From Candidatus Micrarchaeota archaeon (GTDB taxonomy: Archaea > Micrarchaeota > Micrarchaeia > Anstonellales > Bilamarchaeaceae): DNA of 26,023 nt. The position numbers and the translations under genes are program-made. The notes beneath the pieces were generated by a model, which saw only the letters and a program-made list of their open reading frames with translations, had not been told where the DNA came from and made no database searches. Location: NCBI GenBank assembly GCA_018304385.1, contig JAGVWJ010000034.1, forward strand, positions 1-26,023, read 5' to 3'. Position 1 is the first letter of the stretch. Each line of letters opens with the position of its first letter. This document shows, in pieces, positions 24,992 through 26,023 of this stretch.

Positions 24992-25651
24992 TTATAATAT
25001 TGATATAGCTATAGCCATTTTATTTTTTATTGCATGTTGTAGCGCGTTTACTAATTTATCACGGCCTTCTTTATAAAATTCTATTATATAACTGTCTATA
25101 AGGGGAGAATCGTGCCACCCTCTATTATCAAAAATGAGTTTGTTTTCTGCCGTTATTTGTATGTCAGATAACATCTTTATCGCTGCTTTCCCCTCCTTTT
25201 GTACCATATTCTCGTTAGCATAACCTAATATGTTCTCTTCAGAAACCTGAATACCGAACATTTCACTTGGCGGGTTTCTTAAAAAATTTGTAAGTAATTT
25301 AAAACCTTCTTTTGCTGTAGAACTACCAATACTATTCTTTTCAAATTCAGCTTTTAAGTAATCATAGAAACCTGCAGCATATTGGAAATAACTAAATTCA
25401 CTTAAATCTATTTCCTTGCCGCCAGATAATCTTATGAGTTTTTCTATGAACGCGTCGCCTTCTTGGAGTTCATTATCTTTGAAGAATTGAATTTCTTCTT
25501 GAAAATCTTCAATTTCCCAATCCTCAATAGTTTCTTTTATTTCTTTCTTATATTTATCCAAAAATTCAGGGACATTAGTAGTTCTCATTTCGTTTAATAA
25601 GTTGATAATTTTTGTTTCATCAAAGGTCCAAATAGTTGCAGGGTAAGCCAT
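24992..25651 (-). CDS. Hypothetical acidic protein (weakly DUF1877/YfbM-like)
   Basis: 219-aa acidic ORF; the C-terminus LVNALQHAIKNKMAIAISIL loosely resembles DUF1877 termini. Confidence 0.6.
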   Translation of the reverse strand: MAYPATIWTFDETKIINLLNEMRTTNVPEFLDKYKKEIKETIEDWEIEDFQEEIQFFKDNELQEGDAFIEKLIRLSGGKEIDLSEFSYFQYAAGFYDYLKAEFEKNSIGSSTAKEGFKLLTNFLRNPPSEMFGIQVSEENILGYANENMVQKEGKAAIKMLSDIQITAENKLIFDNRGWHDSPLIDSYIIEFYKEGRDKLVNALQHAIKNKMAIAISIL

Positions 25652-25776
25652 ATATAGAGATTAAGGTTTAATTTCTTTTAAATATATGTTATTTATTTAT
25701 AATTGGAGGTACTTAGTGACCAAGCCAGTCAGTTACTATAGAAAAGAATTTAAGATAAAAAGCATATTCTTAATAT

Positions 25777-26023
25777 ATGAATCTCACACCTCGCGCTTAT
25801 CAATTAGCTATTTATAATTCGATTTTACAATACGGTTCAACGCTAGTTATACTCCCAACTGGCCTTGGAAAAACAGCAATAGGACTAATGCTTATTCGCG
25901 ATAAGATGAAAGAAGGTAAATGCCTATTTCTAACACCTACTAAGCCGCTAGCAAAGCAGCATTTTGAATCTGTTAAAAATATTTTAGGCTTGGATGAAAC
26001 GAACGTAACTTTGGTTACCGGCG
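25777..26023 (+). CDS. hef: Hef/FANCM-type DEAD/DEAH-box helicase, N-terminal fragment (runs off the window edge)
   Basis: Not in the track. Hand translation MNLTPRAYQLAIYNSILQYGSTLVILPTGLGKTAIGLML...CLFLTPTKPLAKQH...LVTG gives the Q motif, motif I and motif Ia typical of Hef. Confidence 0.85.
   Translation, partial: MNLTPRAYQLAIYNSILQYGSTLVILPTGLGKTAIGLMLIRDKMKEGKCLFLTPTKPLAKQHFESVKNILGLDETNVTLVTG

Noticed and set aside
25705-25817. GGAGGT followed by a GTG-start 33-codon ORF overlapping the hef start
   Set aside because: The peptide is unremarkable, and the nearest TATA-like element (about 25696-25702) would put the SD upstream of the start site. There is no support beyond the motif.
1-26023. 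DGR template repeat or reverse transcriptase, CRISPR array, rRNA, transposase or integrase
   Set aside because: By eye I found no second copy of the 3325-3446 scaffold, no RT motifs, no regularly spaced repeats and no recombinase motifs. The tRNA has no recognisable att duplication in the window.

Overview
This is a gene-dense, AT-rich archaeal window. Evidence for an archaeal origin: Pus10, an archaeal family-B polymerase, a Hef-type helicase, and a CCA-less tRNA with bulge-helix-bulge introns. A DPANN, Micrarchaeota-like origin is inference only. It contains an ABC-2 exporter pair, two divergent PurD-like ATP-grasp enzymes, an FTR1 iron permease with a divergent pair of DtxR-family regulators and two perfect palindromic operators, a pentein (agmatine/peptidylarginine deiminase-like) enzyme, pyrD and pyrK separated by a glycosyltransferase, several surface or lipoproteins, a VapBC pair and several orphans. 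The top leads are: (1) a tRNA-Arg(UCG) with a canonical 37/38 intron and a second 55-nt intron in the T-loop (59/60); (2) an orphan gene whose 3' end looks like the variable region of a diversity-generating retroelement (DGR) target, with no reverse transcriptase or template repeat visible here; (3) a polB with intact catalytic motifs that is broken by a frameshifting deletion removing the KKxY segment; (4) a triple excisionase-type HTH protein just upstream of polB; (5) an unexplained ~80-nt structured element next to the tRNA. No CRISPR array, rRNA, transposase or integrase was recognised.
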